Shown here: piece after piece, positions 40,060 through 54,293 of the stretch
How the letters are laid out: each line of letters begins with the position of its first letter
Position numbering within the stretch: position 1 is the first letter of the stretch
Assembly: GCF_000485595.1 (NCBI RefSeq)
Contig: NW_014577076.1
Coordinates: 1,273,868-1,334,652, forward strand
DNA from: Priapulus caudatus
Lineage: Eukaryota
Reading direction: 5' to 3'
Length of the DNA stretch: 60,785 nt
The notes under the pieces: generated by a model
Told to the model about the DNA's origin: nothing
Databases searched by the model: none
What the model saw: only the letters and a program-made list of their open reading frames with translations
Position numbers and translations under genes: made by a program

Positions 40060-40498
40060 CAGTGGCGTATTTAGAGGGTGGGGCAAAGGGAGCCATGGCC
40101 CCCCCTGTTGATCCGAAAGTAAAAAAAAAAAAAAAGAAGAATTGTTCTACTAAAATGAGAACTGTCGTAGTCAAAAGTGCCTCAAACACCATCTCCTGCT
40201 ATCTACATTTTCAAAATTTTCTGGGAGTAGGACCCCCATACCCCCCACCTGTTTTCACCTCATTGGAATCCTATAGCTGGATCTGCCACTGAACATGCAG
40301 TTACATATCATGGGAGCAGGGAACAACGAACAAAAATGTCGCCTTTTTGCATGAGCTGCAGAGCTGAGAGGTGGGGAGCGTAGGGTGTGGAGAAGGAGGC
40401 GGAGGAACCATTAAAATATTAAGTCGTCCAATATTTTGCGCAGTTCGCTGTTTTTGCCCCCAGGCCCCCCCTGTTAAAAAATCTTGGCTACGCCACTG
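40060..40498. mobile_element. hAT-type MITE
   Basis: TIR CAGTGGCGTA / TACGCCACTG, perfect 8-bp TSD ATAGCCCC. An extra internal right-end-like motif GGATCTGCCACTG ends at 40291. Confidence 0.9.
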
Positions 40499-40603
40499 AT
40501 AGCCCCTGTAATATCTCTTACAGTATGTATCGTAGCCGTTGTGATTATAGTTACGTTTTTGACTTCTTGTGACAAGTCAAGTAGATTTCTGAGAATTATA
40601 ATG

Positions 40604-40763
40604 AGTTAGGTAGTACCGAATTAGGAATAGTTGGCTGGGAAGTCGTTGGGAATGAGAATGAGTTAGTTTGGTAATACCAAATTATAATTAGTTGGCTTCT
40701 AAATGTTTGTGTTTGAGAGCAAGTTAGAAAATATCAAATTAGAACTAGTTGATCTGGAAATGG
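40604..40763. repeat. Three degenerate tandem units of about 60 bp
   Basis: Repeated AGTTAG...TAC.AATTA...TAGTTG framework. Confidence 0.55.
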
Positions 40764-41334
40764 TTACACTCGTTGTTTAAAAGTTTGATCGTATAAATGC
40801 ACATGTACAAATGCCATTTAATGGTATAAATATAAATCAGTAACAACCCCTCCCCAACACTTTCTTTCTGCGCGTGCTGTTACTAGTTACTTTTCTGTCC
40901 AACCTGCATAACACTGTTACTTACGATGTGTACCGTTAGAAGCAGCGATGACAACCCATCGACCGAGACCGAGGGGTTGCTGTGTTCTCTCTGCGTTCAA
41001 TTAGCAAAATTGCTGTGCCAATCTTCCAACCTGTATTCTTATAATGTGTTCACTGGCATATGAGAGGGATGCGGCAGCATGTATGTTCACTGCATGGACA
41101 CTGACGTTCACGCCGCAATGCTTATACACACGTAGAAAATAAGAAAATCGGATCCGTGCAATAATTTAGAGATTATTTACGAAGTTTTGTTCAATACAAG
41201 CAGAACTTAATTGATATACGGAAATCTCTGTGAAATGACAACTGGACGTTACTTTTCTTGGTCTTAATAATGATATTTGTGTCGTGATTTCTTTGCTCTC
41301 TCCCAGCATACATCGATCAAGTATTAGCTGTTCG

Positions 41335-41830
41335 TTTTTAGCTCATCTGACATAGTCAGATGCAGCTTGTAGAATCGCATGATCGTCCGTGCGTCCGTCC
41401 GTGCGTCCGTCCGTCCGAGCGTCCGTCCGTGCGTCCGTCCGTCAACAGTTGGGCACAAATCTTAACCGCTCGACGTACGGTCACGATATTCGGGAAGTGG
41501 GGGGGTAATCCGAAAACGAGTTGGGATGTCGAAGCTGGGGGTCAAAGGTCAAAGGTCAAGAGGTGTAAAAGAAGGGGGAACATTCACTCCTTAACTTAAG
41601 GTATAGGGAGGAAATGCAGAATTGCGGCACAAATCTAAACAGCTCGACCTAGGCTCGTGATAGTCGGTGTATAGCATCATGGTAGGAAAAGCCATAACTG
41701 TGCCGAAATTGGAGGTCACAGGTCAAAGGTCAGTGGGCACAGGGCAGATTTTAGACATTTTCTGAGCACATGGTCTGACGGAGCGATTGAAAAACTTTTT
41801 TGTTTCAGCGGTGACCTAGCATTTTTATGG
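41335..41830. mobile_element. Helentron-associated (HINE/pearl-type) element, opposite orientation to 6010-6590
   Basis: T5 then stem-loop AGCTCATCTGAC-ata-GTCAGATGCAGCT, (CGTC)n microsatellite, GGTCAAAGGTCA core repeats. Right boundary approximate. Confidence 0.75.
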
Positions 41831-42598
41831 CTTTATTGAAAGGACCATGAAATGTCCCTTCTGCTGACATGCGAAGAGTAAGTGTCGGATAACCTTTTGA
41901 CCCTCAAGAGGAGGGTTAAACATGGATTTGTTGACTGTTAACAAAGGAGTGAACTGCTTTTGCTATTAGAGCCCCCTCCCCCCACCCTCCCCCTACCCTC
42001 CATCTGCGATAGTGGGCGTGTCCTAACAATGATGTGTACGCAACTGCGTGTCTGCCTATCTGCGCCTAACAAATGTGGTACTACGCACGACTGAAATTTT
42101 ACGTTTATAATCGTAGCAACAGACCTCAGATGAGCCCAGACGCTCTGCGGCTCTTGTTGTTGTTGAATTATTTCCTGATTTACAAGCATATATCGATCTG
42201 CGTATTAATTCGCTGCAGGAAACGCGATATAGGAAAGTGTGTAACCCATGTCAGCTGACCAGCATTCAGTCAGCGCTGCATTCAAGCTGTAACACTCACA
42301 GTATATAGCTATACGCACACACGAGCTTCTCCATGTCACTTACAGAATTACACGCTGTCACATCTCATGTTATATCGAGTAACTAAAGCCTAGAAGACCC
42401 GACTAAGTATGTTTGGCAGCGGGAACCTCCTAAACAAGATACAAACAGCAAAACATGCGGAATTATTCAAAGTCTAGAGAGAGTGTGTATAAAGTGCTCT
42501 GTGTGGACCGCCTGCTGTGTCCGGCCACGTGTGTCAGATGAGGCCGTCAGCCTAGCTGCCCTGTGGTCAAACTTAGCCCAAGCCTTGCTCCCTCGACT

Positions 42599-42599
<1 letters not shown>

Positions 42600-42656
<57 letters not shown>
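42600..42656. repeat. (TA)n(TG)n microsatellite
   Basis: Seen directly. Confidence 0.95.
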
Positions 42657-44003
42657 ACTGTGCGCTTGTCTCAAGCGGATTTCGGTGTTTGTTGATGTAC
42701 ATGCGTTGTTGTAGGGTTGTTCCCCTGTAATGGAAATATTTGTTGGGGTCTCGTACGGGTAATGTTTGTAACATCCCACTGGGAAAGCAAGCTGTTCCTG
42801 CTCTGTCTGCGGCTACGAAATGTAGCTTCCGAAATTGGTGTATGTATGTGGGTGCGTGCGTGCACGAGTGCATCGTGTACGTGGATTTATCGGATGTAAT
42901 CGAGGTTCAACAGCAGATACAGATTCATATGCGACGTACTAATGTTTTTGTTCTGTTATAATAATGTTATATAAGCCTGTAATATATATCCGAGGTTCGG
43001 AATACGAGATAGGGGTGCATTTGAATTAAAGCAGTTGATAATAAATTCTTACTGGCTGAGTTACTGGCGATCTCTGCTTACTAAGACGCGCTGTTCGTTG
43101 TTGTCCCTAGAGACTAGAGTGTTGACTTTAGGTCAACCGTATAACTAATCATTTCTTGTTTGCCATAACTCAATTAACCGTCAAGTGTAAAACTGTGTGC
43201 TAGGATTTTTCTCCGCTAGTTAATTACGACGGTGTTTTTTTGCCTTTACCTACCACAGGCTCGCCCCGAAGTCATGCATCGGGTTACTGATCCATAATGT
43301 AATTGTGTGACGTTGAAATTGCAATTTCATACGTTTATTCATCGTGGTTTATATTATTATCCGATTGAGTTCATCTAACCCGTGCAAGGTAATCCACCTT
43401 TCTGTTCATTTTATCCCCGCAGCACATCTTCCGTCTTCTTCCTCTAGAGGAGGATAAGCGCCGATTACAGTTATAGTTGGTGTCTATAACTCTATGTATT
43501 ATAGCATGGTATATACATCCACCCATGGCAAACGCCTCCTCCACAATGCGCATGGACATATGGGCATACCTACCTAGGCGCGTCTCAACTGTCTCGGATT
43601 TGACTTTCATTGCCCATGCGCAATGTAAGCGGGGGAGGGTCGTTCGCCGTGGGGGATGTATAGCATGATCGTACACCGGGTGTTTCCGTAGGGGAATGTT
43701 AAGGGTATATCCGGGGCCCGGGTAGAATTCTCCTCTCCGTAACCGTACACATGCCGAGCATATGCAATGCGCCCTCCCCGGTGCCGGGGAAAATGCGCCC
43801 ATTTTTAATGACACTGAAGCTGGCATGGGGAGAACGCATTTTTTCCAGCAGCTGTTTTGCATAACATGTTCTATGTGTGCCTGCGGGAATGCACATGTAC
43901 GATTGTGTGCGTAGCGGAGCTGCTGTCCCTCTGGCTCTGACTGAGGCTCTACAAACCGCAGCTGTCAAAATCACATTTACTGTGACCAAGGCATACCTAC
44001 TAC

Positions 44004-44767
44004 CAAGAGCGCATTAAGAAGGAGAGCGTACAACGGTGAAATGCTGAAACCATGTTGCAGTATTAGTCGAATTAATAAACCTTCCCCGTTTCATTTTGAC
44101 GATTCTTTGCAGTATCATTGATCAGCTGTCCTACCTTGTTAATATAAAACAAACCGCATGTCCCTACGATGCCTCTACGCTGAGATAATGAGCGGTGGAA
44201 ATCTGGTATTTTCGCCGAAAACCGACTCGAGATCAGTGTTTACTGCAACTGTCTCTCGTTCTGGCGATAACTTCGGGAAACCTCTCGTGTTTCCGTCATT
44301 CATTGACAATGAAATTTCTTTTCCTTCTACAATATTTTCTCGCATTTCCAGTCATTAACGCAGCCATTACTCCACAAAAACGTATTGTTATTTATCGCCA
44401 TGGTGATGACCCGCCCCTTACGCTGGATGTAGTAACGCTGTAGTAATAACGTATCAAGTCAGCGCTACACAGCGGCGACCGGAAGCAACATACGTACAGT
44501 CCACAAAACGAGATACAGTTGCAGTAAACACTGCGCGATCTCGAGTCGGTTTTCGGCGAAAATACCAGATTTTCACCGCTCATTATCTCAGCGTAGAGGC
44601 ATCGTAGGGACAAGCGGTTTGTTTTATATTAGCAAGGTATAGGACAGCTGATCAATATAATACCAGAATGAATCGTCAAAAGAAAACGGGCAAAGTTTAT
44701 TAATTCGACTAATACTGCAGCATGGTTTCAGCATTTCACCGTTGTACGCTCTCCTTCTTTATACGCT
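44004..44767. mobile_element. P-superfamily foldback element (CAAGAG family)
   Basis: Inverted arms of about 255 bp. Left flank CTACTAC, right flank TACTAC, with the last few TIR bases deleted. Same family as 33282-33556. Confidence 0.85.
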
Positions 44768-44822
44768 TACTACCTATGTGCTGCGTAGTTATAGCGGCGA
44801 TGCGAGATGCACATGCAGCTAG

Positions 44823-45376
44823 CCCGGGGGCACTCGATCCTTACAAAATAGGGTAGGTATGATGTGCCACTTGAGAGATGGAATTGGGGGGGGGGGTCCG
44901 GTACTAACTCAGCACATCAAAATAGGGGTTTCCGGAACTAGGGTTTGCTGCATGGAAAGCATGATGCTCCGGAACGGACATGTTTGCGAGAAGGGGTGTC
45001 TGGAATGTGGGGAAAAAGTAGGACCTAGATGCTCCGGGATGGAAAATATGTGAAAAGGGTGGTCTCCGGTGCGGAAATTTTGAGGTGAAAAGGGGGGTCA
45101 TAACCGCGTGCTATTTATGTTGACGTACGTAAACAAATCTTCGTTGTATTGCAGATTGGTGCATATACGATTGGTGGAAATAATGGCGTGTGAGTTTTCT
45201 AATACATTTTAGTCTTACTGTATGTAAACACTTGTTGTTACGCTAGGAGTCCCGGTAAGTACCAGAACAATCGAGAAAACGTGAGAACGGTTGCGAATAC
45301 ATGGAAAATCATTATTTTAATTTTTACTATAACAAAAGATAATGTGTAGCTTTTTTTGCGTTGTACACGCAATAGC
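44823..45376 (+). repeat. Composite repeat starting with an EnSpm-like CCCGGGGGCACTC terminus, largely duplicated at 52157-52611
   Basis: 44918-45376 aligns by eye at high identity to 52157-52611. A more diverged fragment lies at about 8235-8325. Confidence 0.75.
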
Positions 45377-46038
45377 AGCAGCAGCAACAGCATCGGGGGC
45401 ATCCGCCGGGTTCATCCGTGGCGGGCGTATGAATTTGCGATGGTGCTATAGATGCTGTCAGATGATGATGTTCCGCGCACGCAGATCACTTCCCCTCCTC
45501 GCCGGTGATGACGACGATGCGATTATACAGCTGCGTTGATGCGTGTGTAGTGGTGTCTGAATCGTGCACGCGCGCGCATTGCTTTCCCATCTCGTCTTGC
45601 GTTGGCGGTATGCTAGCGCGTGCGCGCCTATGCAGGGCATCTGTGCTATGTCAGGCTTTTTCGGGGGCATGTGAATGCACACAATTATGACAGCTGTAAA
45701 AAAACATGACTAGTAGGTGCTGCTTCTGGCTTAGCTGCCTGGCTGTAGCGGGGTGCACCCGAAGTCAGTTTAGATGGAAGGCTCCTGGCAGCGGGGTGAC
45801 TTTCATATTGCCCGTTTGTTTCAAAAAGGAGCCCATGGAGGCCGGGAGGGTATCGCCGTGCCTGCTTCTCAGGTGCTATGTGCGCAGTAGGGGGAGGGGA
45901 GACGCGATAGCATTCATGCCTTAATACAAACTGGCGTGTTTATATAGTTAGGTTAAATTTCACCACTCGCGCTTTTTGCTGAGAAACGCGTAGAAACGCA
46001 GGCATTGCCAAAATGCGCCCGGTTGCTGTGTCCCGGTT

Positions 46039-46452
46039 GGGAGTGTCTATATTCAGGCCGGTACGGGAGATTACGGTACGCATATATTTGCTAATATATT
46101 GACTAATCGTGCGTCAATAAACTCAATATTCACAGAGAGTATAGCTAAGACATGTGTCTATAGGTATCTAGAATTTTAGAAATTTAATCATCTGTAATTC
46201 ACTTCCGCGCGCATATATTTGCTATATTGACTAATCGTGCGTCAATAAACTCAATATTCACACTTCACAGAGAGTATATGAATTCAAGCCGGTACGGGAG
46301 ATCATTTGCATAATATATTCTAGATACCTATAGACACATGTCTTAGCTATACTCTCTGTGAATATTGAGTTTATTGACGCGCGATTAGTCAATATATTAG
46401 CAAATATATGCGTACCGTAATCTCCTGTACCGGCCTGAATATAGACAAACCC
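46039..46452. mobile_element. MULE-like MITE
   Basis: TIRs of about 135 bp with GGG...CCC termini, perfect 9-bp TSD GTCCCGGTT. The interior is made of re-copied TIR fragments. Confidence 0.9.
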
Positions 46453-46887
46453 GTCCCGGTTGGCGTGGGTGGTTTTGGATGAGCTGAGATTCTTGCTTAG
46501 ACATGGCTTCAGCAGGATTAATTATAGGTCTTCTGCGTGTGTATACCGATGAGTGGTGTGAGAGGTTGGTTGCTAGGGGTGCTGCGTGTATGCGCACGTG
46601 TGCGTGCGTGCGCGCGTGCAAGTACAACCGTACTGCCGCCTTATCCTCGCTGTCAAGCACAGATGTTACGTCACTATCACGAGATGCGAAGCAGCGCTGC
46701 ATATATATATATGCACGCGCGTAGACGTCAGCTAGCACCGTATAGCTCGTGCCGAGCCCCGCCCCACGGGGAGCGCGCATGCATTGCTCGCGATGAAATT
46801 CCACCGATCCAGAGACCTGGAGTCCAGAGACCAGTCGTAGAGTTCAGTTGTAGCAGTCGTACCCGCGGTAGCAGGATCACGTACCTC

Positions 46888-47193
<306 letters not shown>

Positions 47194-49012
47194 CAGAAGG
47201 AAGAAGGGGAGGCACGAGGAAGAGCGAGTAGGGAAAATACAGGAAGGGGGAGAAGGTGGGCGATCGAGAGAGCGACAGGAAGAGGGAAATTGGGGGAAAG
47301 AGAGAGAGAACGCGAGAGAGAGATAGCGTCGCGAAAACAAGAGAAAACTAGCGAGCGAGCGAGAGAAGCTAGGGCAGGGAGTGGGATTAATGCATCTCCT
47401 CTCCTCTAGTATAATAATATATCGTTGCGTGCGTAACAGTCCACCGGGAACGTGCAATAACGTTTACCATTTAATTACCTCGGTGAAATATCGATTGCAT
47501 TTCAGCGAATGAAATCGCTTACAAAAATTTAAACAGCTTGTCTTTTTTAACTTGTGTGTTTAAAGCGTCGCAATTTAGCGTAATGTGGAGAATGCAAGTG
47601 TAGAACATTCTGATGCTCTCTCAAATCTGACTGACAAAAACGTCACAAGACGTTTGCCCTCGTCGTAATATAAAGTTTATTAGCATATTGATTCGTGTAG
47701 ATTTTACGTGCCACCTTACAAACACTTGTAGGTTTCGACACTCAGGTACCATTCTGTTAGTCATTGTGTTAGGTAATTGCCATACTGTCGAAATGCTGCC
47801 CGCCCGCTGGTTCACTCAAAGTACCAATTAACAGTCGCATGCAGTGTACAAGCCGGATGCGTTGGCTGCATGGCTGTGTTTCATTTATGCTACTCATTTA
47901 TATATCGCTGCCATCGAGGCAAAAAACCGCTCGTTGGTTCAAACATTTATGAGAAGTAGTTACTAGGCTGAGTCTACAGATGCTGGTCGACATTTTTCTG
48001 GGTTGAAGCTCTTACGTACGCCGTTGTTGTCTCGTTGAAGGTTACAACCTGGCTTCTTTCTTCCACGTGAGTGCGATGTAGGCAGATAGCACTCCAGCGG
48101 ATGGCATATAAACGACCTTGAAATGCGCATAGCAAAAACTGGGAGTGTTTAGAATTTGGCGAGAATGTGTTGAGCAGCTGCTCCCGGCTTGCTGTTGTAT
48201 ATTTCTCGCGACGCTGTTTGTCGTGAGATGAAAGAGGTTCATTCGGTAAACAACGGCAAAATGCATGTAGGCAATATTTACTGTTACGCACGGCTCATAT
48301 AGTCCGCTCGCACGGAGATGTCCCCCCCCCCCAACTAGCAGGCTAGTAAGCCGTAGCAATAACTATTTGTTACCATCCATAAACTAACAATAACCCTAAC
48401 GCTGACTCTGTACTTGTCTCTAATTCAACCTCAAACACTAACCCCAGCTCTATAACCCTAACCGTAACTCTAACGCTTTCCATATCCCTAACCGCATCAT
48501 CCCCCGCCCATGGGGATCAGTGTGATAGGCCCGACTACCGTGATCGTAAGAATACCGTGGCAACATTGTTGCGTAATATAGATCGTGAATTAGTAATGTG
48601 CGGATTGAAATACAGTTCTATGAAGATGCTGCATGTGCGTACCACGACCAGTGTGTGGAAGCATTAATGATAGACATGTGCAACACGCATTGAATTTGAA
48701 TTGATATTTTACAGTCCGTTTGTTTCGAGATTACTCGCGGAATGTAAACGTACTTCAAGAGCCGCGCTATAAACCAGGGTTTGCACGCAGCAATTACAGG
48801 CAGTAAAACCCCAACATTGGTGTACATTTATAGTTACATTAGTACGTGCATAGTTAGGCCGTGTATCGTCTGGCACGTCGCTCATGTACGCACAGCGAGG
48901 GAGTGCAGTAAAGCTAGAAATAGCAAACATCTACGGCAGGTTTGTTTCCCGCATATATGATATAGCGATTTAATGAAATCATAAATTTTTGAGTCGTAAC
49001 GTAGCATTCATT

Positions 49013-49703
49013 AGTGAGCTTTCGTTTTGCACGACGGATCGTTCTACGACGGATAAAAACCTGTGACCATACCGTCGGGCGTGCTGAGCGTCCGTCCTGC
49101 GGTAACTCGTTTCGATTTTCACGACGGCGACAAATTGATCACGTGACCTTTTGTTTTGATCGCGCGTATTTTAAAAATGGCGAATCTTCACCGGTTATGT
49201 CATTGTTACGTTTTGAATCTTAAACATGTCAGTAACACTAACTGTAGATGTAATACTATAGACCTTTAGTATTATCTTAGTAAAAGACCATCATTAACCC
49301 ACGCCTGATTATGATTTGATTTCAACATGGGCTGTCACCACCAAATAGTGGAAACTTACGGAATGCATATACTCTCTCTCATCATCGTGTCGCTTGCTTC
49401 AAAAGTTTGTGTCGATCATCAAGTCATACAAATATACAATACATCAAAATGGCAAAGTATACGTCAAAGTATCCGTCAAAGTATGTCAAAGTATCCGTCG
49501 ATGACCATGCGCATGACCAGACGCATGCGCACCAGGCACGGCCTGGCTATACGTCGTCGTTCTCGGCACGACGGTGATTTACCCCGAGAACCGTCGTAGA
49601 ATCTTCAGGACGGATGGTACAGCAAGATTCGAGCATGCGCAGACGGTCCCAGTGTGGTTTTCACCGTCGTAGAACGATCCGTCGTGCAAAACGAAAGCTC
49701 ACT
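49013..49703. mobile_element. PIF/Harbinger-ISL2EU-like MITE
   Basis: 40-bp perfect TIR AGTGAGCTTTCGTTTTGCACGACGGATCGTTCTACGACGG, 3-bp TSD ATT. Confidence 0.85.
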
Positions 49704-50564
49704 ATTGTCGTTCCGGGCCACATTAGAAGAATGGTAACTCGCCAGGGAAGAACAACAGACCGGCAGTGTAGAGAGATAAGGAGAGTTGATAGCAAGGTCA
49801 TACAAACATCAGCGTCAAAAATACATCTGAAAAATTCATCACACATGAACATGGACGAACCTAGATCGGTGAAAATGAAATGGTACAACTCCGGTGGCTG
49901 TTACTGTTACAGAGTAAAGAGGGAATTTTTTCTGTAGGTAGAGAGTTGCGAGTTTCTTCTCTGCCTACTGTATTATACGCTCTCGAGGTTGCTGCGCGTT
50001 GTATACTGGTCAATGTGGCCCAGTCCCAAATCTAACCCCCAATCATCTCACTGTCTCTCCAGTTGCTGCGAAATACCACAGGTGCTTGATGTAGGGTGTG
50101 GGGTGGTAAAAACGAGGCCCTTGCTTATGTCCTATAATAGTCTATGGGTCACTGGCCATGTGGCTTATTTGCCAGATTCTGGTTTAACCATCTATTATAA
50201 TATGAGCCCTTAGGCAGGGAAAGCCGTCACTATTTGTGCTATTAATAGGTGTTAATAACAATCGCCGTCTTGTTGCATTCCGTTATAACAGCTGGGCGTC
50301 TCTCTTAAGACATAGAGAGCAAGTCCGTAGGATTGCACTCATCATGCAGTAATCTTATTCACGAAGTGGAGTCATATCACGTGTGGTGATGCGAGAATGC
50401 GGTTCAACTGCGAAAAATGTTGACGTCTATAATGTAAAGCGAAGTACATAATACGTTTAAATGTTTAGTGAAGTGATTAAAACGTGATAAATATTGTGAA
50501 TTGTGCGTGTCACGAGCAAGCGTGGGCTTAATACGCCGCACGCGCAAATTGACACCGATATCCC

Positions 50565-51062
50565 CACAGGCACTTGGAACGTCTCAATAAAAAAAATTTG
50601 TGGTAATTAAACACGAAATGTACCAAAGTCTTAATGTTTCTCTACTCTATTTCGCCTATAAATTATAATCACCTGTAAATTCTGGTCAAATGCTCATCTG
50701 CAACACGCAAGTACACCGCACGAACATAGAAGAGGATAGAGAATAGAATAGAGAATAGAAAGATAGAGCATAGAACATAGAAGAGACATAGAAGAGAATA
50801 GAATAGAGATAATAGAAGAGAAGAAATACAAAGAAGAGATGAATGCAAGATTGCAGAAACAACATGTATAACTCGATCTCTTATTCATGTTGTTTGTTCA
50901 CATATGGCGGGCGTGCGGTGTACTTGCGTGTTGCAGATGAACATTTGACCGGCATTTACAGGTGATTATAGGCGAAATAGAGTAGAGAAACATTAAGACT
51001 TTGGTACATTTCGTGTTTATTTACCATTAATTTTTTTTATTGAGACGTTCCAAGTGCCTGTG
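50565..51062. mobile_element. CACAGG-terminated foldback MITE with 8-bp TSD (P-like termini)
   Basis: TIRs of about 155 bp, TSD GATATCCC/GATATCCT, internal (AGAAT/AGA)n tract. Confidence 0.85.
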
Positions 51063-51267
51063 GATATCCTTATCCACGTACACGTCCATCCCCACACGAC
51101 CGCACCTATTATGCCCCCACATCACGTGCATATACGCACGCACGCACGCAGTCGTTCCTATCCCAGGGTGGGAGTATATAAGCTTCCCTGTGTTCTTCCG
51201 AATAGTGCCAGCAGCCCCTCCTGAATTCTCTCTTTTTCAATTGATTGTCTTCTCTAAATCTCTGATA

Positions 51268-51340
51268 TGATCAATCTGATGATCAATCTGATGATCAATC
51301 TGATGATCAATCTGATCAATATGATCAATATGATCAATCT
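51268..51340. repeat. Tandem TGATCAATCTGA repeat (9-12 bp units)
   Basis: Seen directly. Confidence 0.85.
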
Positions 51341-52156
51341 TCTCTGATTTCAAATTTCTTGAAGCTCCTACGTGCCTGTAGTGTTTCGCTGGTCCGATAA
51401 AGATTAGGAGTCATAATGTTGGGCTAATACAGCAACACTACATGCCAATATCACTATTTGTACACTGTAAGCCTGCATGAGGAATTCCAGCTCATGGATC
51501 AGCCTTGACTGTTGCGCGCCAATCAATATCATAAACACATGAGTCGTTGGGTCTTTCTGTTGGCAATTAAGCAGCTACTGGCATACTTGCAGTGGACCGA
51601 CCTCACGCGCCGCAATCACGCGCATTCATCACGAAAACGCAGTTTTTAAAGAGCAGCGTCGTCATTTGTGCGCATTTATTGGCAGAATTCTGGAAGAGTG
51701 CTCTAGCTGGTAGAGCGATGCATGCATTTGTGTGAAGGTTCCATTTAAATTTTCCCCGAGAAGTCAATGACCATTGCTGCCTGTCAGCAAAGGGCATGGT
51801 ACTGGCATTCGCAGTGGCTTTCTGCTATATTAATTGCCCGCGAACCGTATATATATATATATATACTGCTGGCTGCAGAAGCCAGCATTTGTTGCTCCCA
51901 GTCCCCACTGACACTGTTCAGCGTTGTTAGTTAGTTAGGTAAGTTAGTAGTTAGGTTTATCCTCCAGTTATGTAGGAGATTGGTATCATGTGACGTCTGC
52001 TCACTAGATACAAGAACAGATAGAATGCACCTAGAACAAATAGAATCTATTTCTGTACTCGTTCAAATTTTGAGGATTTTTGTATAATAGAACCTTCATG
52101 TCTCCTTCGGGACAGATATGAGAGTGAGTTATTTCGCCGAGATGTATACAATGCGC

Positions 52157-52611
52157 CAAAATGGGGTTCTCCGGAACTAGGGTTTGCTGGAAAGCATGAT
52201 GCTCCGGAACGGACATATTTGCGAGAGGGGGTGTCCGGAATGTGGGGAAAAAGTAGGACCTAGATGCTCCGGGACGGAAAATATGTGAAAAGGGGGTCTC
52301 CGGTGCGGAAATTTTGAGGTGAAAAGGGGGTCATAACCGCGTGCTATTTATGTTGACGTACGTGAACAAATCTTCGTTGTATTGCAGATTGGTGCATATA
52401 CGATTGGTGGAAATAATGGCGTGGGAGTTTTCTAATACATTTTAGTCTTACTGTATGTAAACACTTGTTGTTACGCTAGGAGTAGGAGTCCAGGTAAGTA
52501 CCAGAACGGTCGAGAAAACGTGAGAACGGTTGCGAATACATGGAAAATCATTATTTTAATTTTTACTATAACAAAAGATGGGTAGCTTTTTTGCGTTGTA
52601 CACGCAATAGC
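52157..52611 (+). repeat. Second copy of 44918-45376
   Basis: High-identity direct repeat 7.2 kb downstream. Confidence 0.85.
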
Positions 52612-53909
52612 TGATGTATATATATAGAGATGTATACATAAGTTTCGCCGAAAGCTGTGCGCACGTATGTATGTATGTACTGTCGGTACAAATGTTCATA
52701 GACGCACTCACGTGTGCTGCATGGATTTTTTCGTTTAAAATGACATCTAAACTAGACAGACACGTCATCGGCGGTAAGTGGAGCCATCTGTGGGCAGCTT
52801 CTGGGCGAACATAGGCCGTCCTAAAGATATTTTGCGTCTAGGGAAACTGTTTCAGAATCTCTCGGATGGTTACGTAATATAATTATATTTTTTAAGTATA
52901 TATGTATAGGTTTTTCAGTCATAATTTTGAGAGATTTGTCGTAACACGGTGAACAACCCGTATTTACCTTATAACCGGAGGAGAATGAAGGCGAGGACGT
53001 GGATGGAGTTGTTGCTATGTAAATACCTTGTAATACAGTGGTTTGGGGCGCAGCGGGAAGCTTAGGAGAAGCTGTATAAACGCCTACTGCGTAAATGACT
53101 GTTATAAGTGCTTTTATAACCACGTGTACAGCATGAAAACACAATGCACACCTCATTTGCGCTATTACTGGAGTGCTAAATCAATGAACTTACGGGTAGG
53201 TTATGGTTCGTGAGTTGCAGTTTATGTTATATGTCCATGTTATTTACGTTTCTAATTCCTAAATTCTTCTCCGTCCTGTGAAGTTATATTATTTTGCCCT
53301 CCCCCATCTTTTCTTTCGTGTGATGGTTTATACGCAAACCAGAGCGTGGGCTCGATTTATTGCTATTCGTGCAGCTAGCAACACTACGTACTATCAAAGT
53401 AAATTGTTTTACACTTGTGCATTGAGCTGTCTAAATGACGCTGACTCGTCTGGGTTGTGTGCAATGGTGTTGTTGTCGTGACTGCTGTGTTTGCGCCACT
53501 GTGGGAGGGCACACAGGACCTTTTATTGTACCCCTATCCCCGTGTGCCTTTCTTTGTGTCACATTCTTGTGCCGGCCTTTGCTCCCACGATCATTGGTGG
53601 CTGTTGCTGGCTCTTGCGTCGTAACAACGGTCTTCATTGAGGCACACTGTGCTGCCGTATAATGGTGGGCTGAACCGTTTACTTTTTGAACTGGTTCGGC
53701 TGAATGCTGACAGCTAGTGGTGAGGTAAACACCAGGGAGGCGCGCGTCTTTGCTTGTTATCATGTTTGCTGGCGGAGCCTGTTGGTGGTAACTTACGCTG
53801 TGATCATCCTGCACACAGCACTTATGTTAGATTCACTCCACTCGCTCTGGTCAGATCGTGCTTAGTCTGTACGTACTGTAAGTTAGTGGACTGAAACTAG
53901 CCTTGTATG

Positions 53910-54293
53910 CACAGGCACTTTGGCCGTTTCAATAATAAAATTATGGTAAATAAACATTGTATTTACTATCAAAATCCTATTGTTTTTGTACTTTTTTTCA
54001 CTAGTAATTCCACGTAATTGCTTTTCCAATGCTCTTCTGCAACATTCCATCTCATCGCAATCACTGTTCAAACTCACAAAAAGATATAGACTCGGTAGAG
54101 CTTTCTCTGAGTTTGTGCACAGCACTTGGCATGTGTGCGTGCGCTGAGATTGTGTGTTGCAGAGAAGTATTTGAACGTCATTTACGTGAAATTATTAGTC
54201 AATGGAGACTAATAATCATTAGGACTTTAATAGTAAATATAGTAAGTGTTTATTTGCCATCATTTTATTGTTGAAACGGCCAAAGTACCTGTG
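53910..54293. mobile_element. CACAGG-terminated foldback MITE, related to 50565-51062
   Basis: TIR CACAGGCACTTTGGCCGTTTCAA, diverged arms spanning most of the element, perfect 8-bp TSD CTTGTATG. Confidence 0.88.

Noticed and set aside
39135..40763. Spaced repeats superficially like a CRISPR array
   Set aside because: Degenerate minisatellites in a eukaryotic intron, with no constant repeat, unique spacers or cas genes.
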